IMG/VR virus record: IMGVR_UViG_3300020161_000678
Span: 1,232-65,231 of that record
Length of the DNA: 64,000 nt
Strand: one strand, 5' to 3'
Source: a virus
Taxonomy: Duplodnaviria; Caudoviricetes
Below are positions 19,787 to 28,692 of this stretch, in pieces. Each line of letters opens with the position of its first letter. Position 1 is the stretch's first letter. The notes beneath the pieces are model-generated. The model was not told the DNA's origin. It was given only the letters and a program-made list of their open reading frames with translations, and searched no databases. The translations under genes were made by a program, and so were the position numbers.

Positions 19787-21090
19787 AACAATCACTGGAA
19801 ACATGTTTTCAACAAACATGAATCCGCTGATTACTTAATCAACTCTTTACATTACCTTGCTTCGCACCACTCGACATGGACTTGCTTAAATCCGCTGCAT
19901 CTTACAAGACTAAACACAACTTCACACACCTTATAGTGATTTTAAACAATCACTGGAAACATATCTTATCAAGATATGAATCCGCTGATTACTAAATCAA
20001 CTCTTTGCAATACAGCACATCGCAAGGCCGTTCTGTGCTCTACATTACTTCACAACAATCACTGGAAACATATCTTTGGTAAGATATGAATCCGCTGATT
20101 ACTTAATCAACTCTTTACTGTACTCTTACATTAAGCTACTAAGCACAACTTAGCCTAACAGTGCATTACTCAACACCGCTATCAATGTGTGATTATTATA
20201 TAAAAATTCACTATCAAATAACAGATCAAAACTGTTAAATAATTAAATGATTTAAGAATAATCACTGGAAGCATATCTTTGTTAAAATATGAATCCGCTG
20301 ATTACTTAATCAACTCTTTGCACTACTGATCTTTACATCGCTTTACTTCACATTACAAAACTTGGATATACTCTGATCCGCCTCGTTCTAAAACAACCAC
20401 TGGAAACATATTTTTGTTAAAATATGAATCCGCTGATTACTCAATCAACTCTTTACAATACAATTCTCCACCATACTTCATCAGACTTCACATCACTTGA
20501 CATAGCAGCACTGGATATTTTAAACAACCACTGGATTTGGCATCTCTTACGATTACCAAGTCCGCTGATTACTCAATCAACTCTTTGCAGGACAGTACAT
20601 CGCATCACTGAACTCAACTGGACGCTACTTTCGCAGAACAATCGCACTACATTGCTGGGATCTATTTCCCTAAAGTGATCTAAAACAATCACTGGAAACA
20701 TGTTTTCAACAAACATGAATCCGCTGATTACTTACTCAGCTCTTTGCGCTACATTGCAATACAGAAATTCGGAAAGCGGAACCTGGCATGACACTACTAG
20801 GAATCAGTAGGCATTGCTGCGAGTCAGTGATCTTAAATAATCACTGGAAACATATCTTATCAAGATATGAATCCGCTGATTACTTAATCAGCTCTTTACA
20901 ATACATAACATCTCTTCACAGAACCAGACTCTGCATCGCTGCACCTGACTCGGCTAAACATTACTATCTAGTGATTCTAAAACAATCACTGGAAACATGT
21001 TTTCAGCAAACATGAATCCGCTGATTACTAAATCAACTCTTTACTGTACTAAGCATTACTACGCTCCACGATACTCAAGTAAGCTTCATT
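19787..21090 (-). repeat. Nine-unit non-coding array: 62-64 nt conserved repeat alternating with 5-nt-periodic tracts (putative guide RNAs)
   Basis: Repeats at 19787-19848, 19945-20006, 20054-20116, 20257-20319, 20392-20454, 20523-20586, 20684-20745, 20836-20897 and 20981-21042. Consensus AAYAAYCACTGGA-hairpin-RTCCGCTGATTACTHAMTCARCTCTTT. Each is followed on the plus strand by about 9-16 RCHNN pentamers. Confidence 0.95.
20195..20226 (-). promoter_or_regulatory. Internal array promoter (ATCTG-N21-TATAAT) driving units 3 to 1
   Basis: Matches the genome-wide fixed-spacing motif. Confidence 0.7.
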
Positions 21091-21103
21091 AAAATAAAAA
21101 CAT

Positions 21104-21135
21104 ATTATATAAAAAACCACTTCAAGTTAACAGAT
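21104..21135 (-). promoter_or_regulatory. Array leader promoter (ATCTG-N21-TATAAT) driving units 9 to 4
   Basis: Matches the genome-wide fixed-spacing motif; lies just upstream of the first pentamer tract. Confidence 0.7.
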
Positions 21136-21157
21136 TCAAACTTAACTTGTTGATTTA

Positions 21158-22066
21158 CTATACCTTATTGCGTCTAACAATGTTATTAAAAATTGATTGA
21201 TGCAGTAAGGCTGGTGATCTTGTAGTACACTTAGCACACATGTCTGGCAAACAACCTGACAAATGTTGCGCTCTAAATTCTTTAACAGCTTTTGAATTGT
21301 TCCAAATCTCTTCCAACGAAGATTCATTTAGATTTCCAAAAATTACTTCTTTTCCAAATGCCATACAGCATGGCACAACATCTCCATCTGAATGAACCGA
21401 CACACTTAACCAAGGATTCAAACATAACTCTTTTGAAGCTTCAACCCTTTGTTGAGTGTAAAGATTAGTTGAACTGTCCTTGATTATTCGTACCTCACAA
21501 TCCCATTTCAAATCATCAACTATTTCTTGCAGTTCCGCTGCTTCTTCCTTGGCATTGTTTTTGACAACTTCGTTATCCATATCAATAACTTGTAAGTCAA
21601 TTTGTACCTTGGATTTACGTTCGGTTTTAGCTTGCATAAGCAGGCTGATGTTATGCTCTAGCTCGACGAATGTTCCGTTAACTCTGATCTTTTCATAGTT
21701 GCGAACTGAGTCAACAGATATGGTTAAATAGTCTAACTCAAGGAGTAAGTCGATATGCTTATGAATCAGCAGACCGTTTGTACTCATGCCAGTTATAACT
21801 TTACCCAAGAATGGTTCAACAATTTTGGATAATTTTTTATTTAACAATGGTTCGCCTGACATCTGGAACTCGATGAAGTATGATCCATCTAAGTCTCTCT
21901 CAGCAATTGTCCTGGCGAGGTCAACACTTAACGCAAAATCATCCCTATGTTTCTCCTCAACAAATCGAGGGCACATAGGGCACTTTAATTGACAGGCAGA
22001 GTGTGCTTCAATTTGGTAAATTGACGGCACTCTCGGGTTGAATATTGGCCCTTCTAAAACTTTCAT
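21158..22066 (-). CDS. Radical SAM / SPASM-domain protein
   Basis: SACQLKCPMC (CxxxCxxC), SGEPLL, STNG; C-terminal CLNPW...GDVVPCC..FGNLNESSLEEIWN..CAKC. Start moved to MKVLEG (GAGG RBS). Confidence 0.85.
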   Translation of the reverse strand: MKVLEGPIFNPRVPSIYQIEAHSACQLKCPMCPRFVEEKHRDDFALSVDLARTIAERDLDGSYFIEFQMSGEPLLNKKLSKIVEPFLGKVITGMSTNGLLIHKHIDLLLELDYLTISVDSVRNYEKIRVNGTFVELEHNISLLMQAKTERKSKVQIDLQVIDMDNEVVKNNAKEEAAELQEIVDDLKWDCEVRIIKDSSTNLYTQQRVEASKELCLNPWLSVSVHSDGDVVPCCMAFGKEVIFGNLNESSLEEIWNNSKAVKEFRAQHLSGCLPDMCAKCTTRSPALLHQSIFNNIVRRNKV

Positions 22067-22195
22067 AAACACCTCGAATTTAAGCGGTTTTAAGCGGCTA
22101 TTTTTCAAGCCGCTATGATGGTATTACTTAAACAATGAAACGGCTTAAACAGCCAGATTCTTGCCAATTATCGCTAGGTTTAGCACTGGCTTTAG

Positions 22196-22387
22196 CTACG
22201 ATTTTTCGGCTACTAGCACCCGACCAAAGTGAAACATAGTTGACAACTCTATACCTTTGTTATCAACGTATTCAGAGCACATTTGTCCTGGTTCAGCATC
22301 GCAAAAAGGACAGTTAAACTCAGTTGCAGTAGGACACGTCTCAACTGGAACTAAGTGCCAAACCTTAGTATGGACTATGGTATTCAT
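22196..22387 (-). CDS. Small zinc-finger protein
   Basis: CPFCDAEPGQMC...FHFGR. Confidence 0.5.
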   Translation of the reverse strand: MNTIVHTKVWHLVPVETCPTATEFNCPFCDAEPGQMCSEYVDNKGIELSTMFHFGRVLVAEKS

Positions 22388-22917
22388 CTTGCCATCTTCT
22401 TTCTTGAGCTAACGACAGTCTTTTGGGCATACCTATTGTTGCCTATAGACCGTTCAATAGCATCATGTTGTAGAGCGTATATGGTAGCTGTTTGTCTAAA
22501 TCGACGCAGGTTTTCATGGTTGAGTGCTTCACTCTTATACTTGCTATTACGAACTGGCAAAGTATTATACTCTGAACCTTTAAGCCATTCAGCTACTTCA
22601 AACGTATCCTCGATGTTCTTCTTTTCAAGCACCTTGTATATTTTAGGTAAGTGTCTGGCAAAAAATCCATATACGTCACAAATCATTGTGACAAGGAATT
22701 CATCTGGCTGTTCTTCTTTAGGAAGCTTTCTGTACATCCAGTAAATACACGGGATTCGTTTAAGAGATAAAAACTCCTCATATGAGAGTTGATTCCGGTG
22801 TATAAATGCCATAGCAACTTTCTCAATCCCTTGATGCTTTTTGGTGAAAAACTTTGTTAGGATGAAAACATCCCATTTGTATTGCAGATCCATAACAATC
22901 TCCGCTAGTTTCAACAA
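22384..22917 (-). CDS. Hypothetical protein
   Basis: 177-aa ORF; no motif recognised. Confidence 0.5.
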   Translation of the reverse strand: MLKLAEIVMDLQYKWDVFILTKFFTKKHQGIEKVAMAFIHRNQLSYEEFLSLKRIPCIYWMYRKLPKEEQPDEFLVTMICDVYGFFARHLPKIYKVLEKKNIEDTFEVAEWLKGSEYNTLPVRNSKYKSEALNHENLRRFRQTATIYALQHDAIERSIGNNRYAQKTVVSSRKKMAR

Positions 22918-22953
22918 CTTATATGTTATCAGTTACAAAAACTAAATTCAAGA

Positions 22954-24102
22954 CTACTCATAATCACGAATTGCAATACCTCTCAGATGGAAGGGTATGC
23001 CGTACTGTGTCCACTCTTGAAAGCGAACTGTCAGTTTTTTACCGATGATATTATCCAAATCCTTAAACCAAGCAGATCGCACTTCTTTTGAACCTTTTGG
23101 TCTAACGGTGAACTCATCACCTTTTGCTGTCTTGCAGATAAAGATGACTTGACCTTCTTCTTTACCTTCGCCATCCTTGCCGCCGATGATTTCAAATTCT
23201 TCTTCTAAGAAGTCTTTGTACTTCAGCAGATCATATGACCGATAGTTTTCCTGGTACATACCAAGCAGACTACGATACATAGTACCTTCATATCCGTTTT
23301 CAATGTTAAACGAATGGAGGTCTTTTAATTGCTGGAAGTTGTTGACATAGATGGTAGATGCCAGAACAACATCTTTAGTAGATGTGCCAAGCCATGTTTC
23401 CAACTGTTGAAAACGATCTTTAAATGGAACACCAGGCATCACTACGTCATATACATGGAACTCTAGAGGATCAGATGCAATGTCATTCCGTGACCCAATG
23501 ACTCGCTTCAATCGGGAAACGATTTCGTTAAGTCGTAGATTGTGGTTGTAAACTTCACCATCTAGAATAGTTCCCACTGGAACTCTTGCAGCGATAGTTG
23601 GACTGAATACAGTAAGAGTTTCAAACTTCTTACCTTTACGAGATGTGTATGTGACAACGCCTTGTGAAACATGTTCTGCTAAACATCTTACACCGTTCAG
23701 CTTGGGTTGTGCGTATGCTGGATATTTTACTTTGTGAACGTTATCTTTGTATCCATGCGCCAACATCGGCAACAGGACTGAATTAGCGTCATTAATGTTC
23801 TCAGCATAGCCTTCATCACGTTTCTTTTCTGCAAGCGATTCAAGTTCTTGGTACGCTTGTTGAACTGGAGTTGTTTGATTGGCTTTGCCGATGTTCTTGC
23901 CTTTCTTTATATGCTTGAATGATTCTTGTTTAGCACCGTCTGTATAGCCATACGATACACGGATCACGCAAGTGCCATCTGATTGCGGGTCTAACTTACC
24001 TTCCCATACTTTTGCCTTACCGTTCTTTGACACACCGAACAATACTATCTTTACATTTACATCTATCGTTGGTTTTTTCTGTGAATCAAATAAAAAGCTC
24101 AT
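22954..24102 (-). CDS. lig: ATP-dependent DNA ligase
   Basis: PMLA, YAQPKLNGVRC (motif I), LDGEVY, FHVYD, GYEGTMYR, LLKYK, LTVRFQE; WGR-like N-terminal domain. Confidence 0.92.
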   Translation of the reverse strand: MSFLFDSQKKPTIDVNVKIVLFGVSKNGKAKVWEGKLDPQSDGTCVIRVSYGYTDGAKQESFKHIKKGKNIGKANQTTPVQQAYQELESLAEKKRDEGYAENINDANSVLLPMLAHGYKDNVHKVKYPAYAQPKLNGVRCLAEHVSQGVVTYTSRKGKKFETLTVFSPTIAARVPVGTILDGEVYNHNLRLNEIVSRLKRVIGSRNDIASDPLEFHVYDVVMPGVPFKDRFQQLETWLGTSTKDVVLASTIYVNNFQQLKDLHSFNIENGYEGTMYRSLLGMYQENYRSYDLLKYKDFLEEEFEIIGGKDGEGKEEGQVIFICKTAKGDEFTVRPKGSKEVRSAWFKDLDNIIGKKLTVRFQEWTQYGIPFHLRGIAIRDYE

Positions 24103-24320
24103 AAACTATCTCTAATTAATGTTGTTGATTCCACTACCATCCAAGACTCTATAACTTTCATCTTTTCAAACATAGTGGATGCCATGTCGAATTGAAGTCT
24201 GAACAAATCAATCTCAGTGTCCAAAACTTCGTTCAACTTCATAACTCTAAGAACCGCCTCCTTCAGTTCAAAAGGAGACGTTTCTTTAGTGCCGTAAACT
24301 TTTAAAGTATACCTAGGCAT
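24099..24320 (-). CDS. Hypothetical protein
   Basis: Short ORF overlapping its neighbours by 4 nt. Confidence 0.5.
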   Translation of the reverse strand: MPRYTLKVYGTKETSPFELKEAVLRVMKLNEVLDTEIDLFRLQFDMASTMFEKMKVIESWMVVESTTLIRDSL

Positions 24321-24326
24321 TGATCT

Positions 24327-24722
24327 TTAGCAAAGATCTGTCATAGCTGATTGAACAACAGCCGGAAGTGGCTCATCCCATCTGAAGCATATAGCTCCAT
24401 TTTCACCATCTTCTGAAACGATAACGTAAACCGCACCAAACTCCATCTTCAACTGTTCGGCAAGCATCTCACACGAACAATGACCCATGTCTGGCACTCC
24501 CCAACACTTGTCAGGAAACAGATGAGCTATGTACTCATCCACCGCATGTTTCAGCGTGATGATCTCAACATCACGATCATTGTGATCTACTTCAACACCC
24601 ACCTGAATGTGAAACACATGCCGATGAGGGAATTTAAGATATTGAGCTGGCTCACTTAATGGAATATTATCCCAGCAATGGATGCCTTCAAATGTTGTTT
24701 TGCAAAAGACTAATGTTGTCAT
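24327..24722 (-). CDS. QueD-like T-fold protein (DpdL-like)
   Basis: FEGIHCW, LKFPHRHVFH (LxxxHRHxF), SCEMLAE, VSEDGENG; co-located with folE. Confidence 0.75.
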   Translation of the reverse strand: MTTLVFCKTTFEGIHCWDNIPLSEPAQYLKFPHRHVFHIQVGVEVDHNDRDVEIITLKHAVDEYIAHLFPDKCWGVPDMGHCSCEMLAEQLKMEFGAVYVIVSEDGENGAICFRWDEPLPAVVQSAMTDLC

Positions 24723-24723
24723 A

Positions 24724-25875
24724 TTACTCGTCTTCGTCTATGTGAAAAGATGACAATGATTTACCAATCATTGTCTGTAATGATGCCTTGCATCTGGCAT
24801 CCAGCATCTCAGCATTTGCCTTAGCTAATGAGTAATGCTGATCTAGTTCAAACAATTCAATCCGTTTAATCAATTCTAAAGCTTCAAACACTCTGCTTCT
24901 TCTTGCCGAATCCAAACTGGCTAAACTAACATGATACCTGAAAGCATCGAATATTGTTTCTTTGTATGAAAGAGCGTCAGGAACTATAGGAATACAGCCA
25001 GCAAAAACCGATTCTACCATTGAAATGCCGAACGTTTCTTGATACGCAAATGAGATGCTATACTTGCATTTCTTCAGCAACTCATAGTATTCTTTCTTTG
25101 TTTTGCAAAGCTCATGAGTGACCTTTACTTCCAAAGGAAGCTTATGTGTGACTATTGCATCTTTCAGTATTTCAAGTTCTTTCATACCTTTTTCATTTGA
25201 AAGCCGGTGCGGAAATGCTATCCAGTTTTCTTTTGAATGAACTTCTTGCTCAGTGGCTCTTAAACTGTAAGGCCAGTCTTTGATGCAGTCATCTTCATAA
25301 AACGGCAAGAACGTTACAGACACCTTGTTTGCCAATGTTTCTATGATTTTTACAGAACCAACTTTGTTGGCATAATCAAAGATAAGCTTCTTATGAAAGT
25401 TTGTGGCAACAAAAATGTTGTCTGCAATGAACATCCAACCAAGCTGGAATTCTTTAGCCCACAAACCCATGCCGCTGGTGTACGTCAGATCATGTTCGTC
25501 CCATGTACCGGCATGAAAAATTCCATTGATCTGAATTTTCATACCTTCCATCATGTTCTCAACATAACGAAGTTTCTCGATACCAGGAAACCACAAGTCA
25601 TGAAAGAAAAGACTGAAGTTTCGTTCACCATCTTCATACTCATCCCTGATGCGAGCCAGGATTCTAGCCATTTGAGTAGACTTGTAAATGTTGGTAGCAA
25701 ACGGATCTAAAAACAAATTAGATTTAATAGTTGATGAAGGCGGAGTGTCACCTAAGATAGTATGAAAGCGTATGGAATCTGAAGCAATTTTAGATAACTC
25801 ATGTTCAGACCATTTAAGCCATTGAACTGAGTATCTATTTTCAATCGGTTCTATTGGAACGTTTATAATTAACAT
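24724..25875 (-). CDS. GT-B (GT4-like) glycosyltransferase
   Basis: FPHRLSNEKG, YQETFGISMVESVFAGCIPIVPD.LSYKE. Confidence 0.75.
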   Translation of the reverse strand: MLIINVPIEPIENRYSVQWLKWSEHELSKIASDSIRFHTILGDTPPSSTIKSNLFLDPFATNIYKSTQMARILARIRDEYEDGERNFSLFFHDLWFPGIEKLRYVENMMEGMKIQINGIFHAGTWDEHDLTYTSGMGLWAKEFQLGWMFIADNIFVATNFHKKLIFDYANKVGSVKIIETLANKVSVTFLPFYEDDCIKDWPYSLRATEQEVHSKENWIAFPHRLSNEKGMKELEILKDAIVTHKLPLEVKVTHELCKTKKEYYELLKKCKYSISFAYQETFGISMVESVFAGCIPIVPDALSYKETIFDAFRYHVSLASLDSARRSRVFEALELIKRIELFELDQHYSLAKANAEMLDARCKASLQTMIGKSLSSFHIDEDE

Positions 25876-25885
25876 ACAACCTCAC

Positions 25886-26452
25886 TTAAAGAGATCTAAA
25901 GAATTCTGCCTTACTGGTCTCATTCTCAAAACAACCTGTAAAAGCATTGGTTACAACACAGCTATCAGTCGCCCTAACACCGCGCATCTGCATACACATA
26001 TGCTCACCAGATACTTTTACGATGCAACCCTTTGGCTGCAAATACTTTTCAAATATCTGGACTATATCTGTGGTCAACTGTTCTTGAAGTGCTGGTCTGG
26101 CAGCTAACAATTGTATGACTCTTGGAACCTTACTCAAACCAATAACTCTGTTAGACGGAATGTATGCGAAGCTTATCTCATACCTGACGGGTAAGAAGTG
26201 ATGAGGACACATACTCCATGCTGTCACATTCTTTGTGACAATCATCTCGTTATAGTTTGCCGGAAAGTGCTTGCTGAATATACCTTGGAGTTCTTCATCG
26301 GAATCAGCATTGAGACCTCTGAATATTTCGGCATATGATTTTGCGAATCTTGCTGGGGTTTCTTTGAAGTTAGCGTCCTCAGTATCAACACCCAGTGCTT
26401 GTAGGATGTTTGAGAAACTATGTTCAATGATCTTTTTGTTTTCTTCTTGCAT
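25886..26452 (-). CDS. folE: GTP cyclohydrolase I
   Basis: ETPARFAK, SMCPHHFLP, IGLSKVPR, LQEQLT, GEHMCMQMRGV. Confidence 0.95.
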   Translation of the reverse strand: MQEENKKIIEHSFSNILQALGVDTEDANFKETPARFAKSYAEIFRGLNADSDEELQGIFSKHFPANYNEMIVTKNVTAWSMCPHHFLPVRYEISFAYIPSNRVIGLSKVPRVIQLLAARPALQEQLTTDIVQIFEKYLQPKGCIVKVSGEHMCMQMRGVRATDSCVVTNAFTGCFENETSKAEFFRSL

Positions 26453-26502
26453 AAAAGCACCGTGAAGTTAGCGCCCAGCATTAGCCAGGCGCTTGATTAA
26501 TA

Positions 26503-27483
26503 TTACTCGTCTGACTCACCACCTTCGTCATCCGATTCAGTTTGTTCTTCTTCTTTCTTAACCGCAACACTGTCCCGAACTGGTTTCAGTGGTGAAGTCG
26601 CTTTCTTAATCTCATCCTTAATCGCTTCACCGACAAACACGGTTAGATCAGCCTGACGCAACGATTCTGAAATGTCGTTAAATTCTTCTTCAGTAAACAC
26701 CTTAATCAAGATGTAGTTGTTAGGCACAGGATGTTTTGGTCCAGTGCGCGTGGTTTCAGTTTCAAGATCGCCTTCTGCTGGCACTTCAACCAAGCCTTTT
26801 TTCTTGGCAGCCTTTTCAGTAGGATCTTTGCCATTGAATTTATCAACAGCCGCTCTTAAATCAGACACCGACCATTCTTTTTCAACAGCTTTATGAGCCA
26901 GTTCTGACTGAACTTCTTTATCTTTAATACCTGACAACGTGATGCCATGCCATGCTTCTAACTTCTTTAACGAAAGCATAGCCTGCACATCTTCTGGCAA
27001 TTCAATTAGCTTGACAGAATTGGCAACGTATGATCTGCTTTTGCCGATCTTTTTAGCCATCTTTTCAGCGTTATACCCGTACATGTCCATGAGCTGGCGA
27101 AGTGCGTAGGCTTCTTCCATCGCTGATAAATCTGCTCTCTGCAAGTTTTCGATTAACGCCAGTGCAGCAGACTTGTTGTCATCAAACGCATGGACAATAG
27201 CTTTCACTCTTGCTTTGCCAAGCAATTTGTGCGCTCGCCATCTGCGCTCGCCAGCGATCAATTCGTAAATTTCGCCTTGTTCGTCATCTTCAATTCTGCG
27301 AACTGAGATCGGTTGCAACAGACCATTTTGGTCGATTGAGTCAGCAAGATCCTCTAACTCCTTGTCATTAAAAAACTTGCGTGGTTGAAATCTGTTGGGG
27401 ATAATTTTATCCACACTGATGTATTCTACTGTTTCCACAACTTCGGTGGATTCGGTTGCTGCTCTTTTTGCAAATGCGGTCAT
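26503..27483 (-). CDS. parB: ParB/Spo0J-like protein
   Basis: PNRFQPRK, GLLQPISVR, YELIAGERRWRA, ALIENLQRADLS, HTH with GKSRSYVAN. Confidence 0.9.
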   Translation of the reverse strand: MTAFAKRAATESTEVVETVEYISVDKIIPNRFQPRKFFNDKELEDLADSIDQNGLLQPISVRRIEDDEQGEIYELIAGERRWRAHKLLGKARVKAIVHAFDDNKSAALALIENLQRADLSAMEEAYALRQLMDMYGYNAEKMAKKIGKSRSYVANSVKLIELPEDVQAMLSLKKLEAWHGITLSGIKDKEVQSELAHKAVEKEWSVSDLRAAVDKFNGKDPTEKAAKKKGLVEVPAEGDLETETTRTGPKHPVPNNYILIKVFTEEEFNDISESLRQADLTVFVGEAIKDEIKKATSPLKPVRDSVAVKKEEEQTESDDEGGESDE

Positions 27484-27575
27484 GACTGCGTACCCCTTAA
27501 ATAAATGTAAAATGTAAAACAGTGGCTAAACTGTTGTGACTATTTTATAAAATAATGCCATGCAATACAAGGCAT

Positions 27576-28683
27576 TTATTTATTATTATCCAACCAGCAA
27601 ATAGCGTAGTCTGGATTCCTAAAAAGGATCTTAAAACGTTTGTTATCTGGCTCGTCTATCTTCAACGAATCTTCAATCAAGATAGCCTGATCCACTATTG
27701 ATTTAACAGAACGTCTGGCAAAATCAATAGCAGCACCTTTAGTCTGAAATCCTTTATATACAGATTTTATACCTCTACACTCGCAATACACTTCTAGTAC
27801 AGACATGACAGCCTCCTACGGCTCATCGGTATAAAGAAATAATCTTGGTGACCCATCATTCTCATAAGTCATGACAGTGATTGGGTAGAAATCTTCCATT
27901 TCAGCATCCCAAGCATGAATAACAGTCTCACCAGGTAGCCCATGTTCTTTCAAATCTTGTAAGTATTTAATAAGACCATCTACAGATGAATCATTAACTG
28001 CAAATTCTCGTACTTCTCTAGCAAAATCAGACATTTCCTTTCTCCTATAAAAAAAGCTTACTGCTCTTTTACAAGCAGTAAGCCTTGCGATGTGCCGTAA
28101 GCCGGGATACTTATTCTTTGGTAATTTTGTAAGAAGTGCCAGCTTTGTCTTTAAAGCCACCAGCCTTCAACAATACTTCCATAGTTTTCTGAGTATTGAA
28201 CCAAACGATGTGAACCGAAGAACGTTTAGCAACAACGCCTTTTTCTTCAAGTTTCGCCATTAATTCATCCAGTGTAACGTCATATGCTTCCGCTAAAAGA
28301 TCACGCATGATGCCGCTATTACTAGGAACCGATTCTTTTGGCTCTTTAGGCGGTTTAGGAGCCTTTGGCTCTTTAGGTGCCTTTTCTTTCTTTTCAGCTT
28401 TGGCTTTCTTTTCAGCCTTCGCTGGTTTTTCAACCGGAACATAAGCTTCGATTGCTTCGGCAAGGCCTTCCATAGTTGGCGGAACCCAATCGTCGTCTTG
28501 ACCGTTAGTGTCGTAGGCGGCAGCAAATTCGTTATACCAACCTTTGATCTGCTCGTCCAAGCCGTTCCAATCTTCTTCCGGCAACTGGCTTAAACCGAGA
28601 GCAGCGTCTTTTAAATACTGAGCTTCACCTTGACCAGTGTAGCCTTCACCCAATGCTTCTACAACTTTATCATGAATAGACAT
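27576..28683 (-). other. Three hypothetical proteins (27576-27806, 27816-28034, 28111-28683)
   Basis: ORFs with RBS-like sequences; the last has a Lys/Pro/Glu-rich linker. Confidence 0.55.
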
Positions 28684-28692
28684 AAAACTTCC

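Noticed and set aside
19604-21015. Plus-strand ORFs 19604-19936, 20424-20678 and 20788-21015
   Set aside because: They are translations of the repeats (recurring LNNHW / NPLITQSTL), antisense to the promoters, with no RBS.
19787-21090. Canonical CRISPR array
   Set aside because: Repeats are 62-64 nt, spacers vary from about 45 to 140 nt and are internally periodic rather than foreign sequence, and no cas1/cas2 or other cas genes are in the window.
19787-21090. TIGR array
   Set aside because: No 36-nt dual-spacer units and no Nop-domain protein nearby; CTGA occurs only inside the long repeat.
21158-22066. QueE
   Set aside because: It has a SPASM domain and lacks the short QueE architecture.
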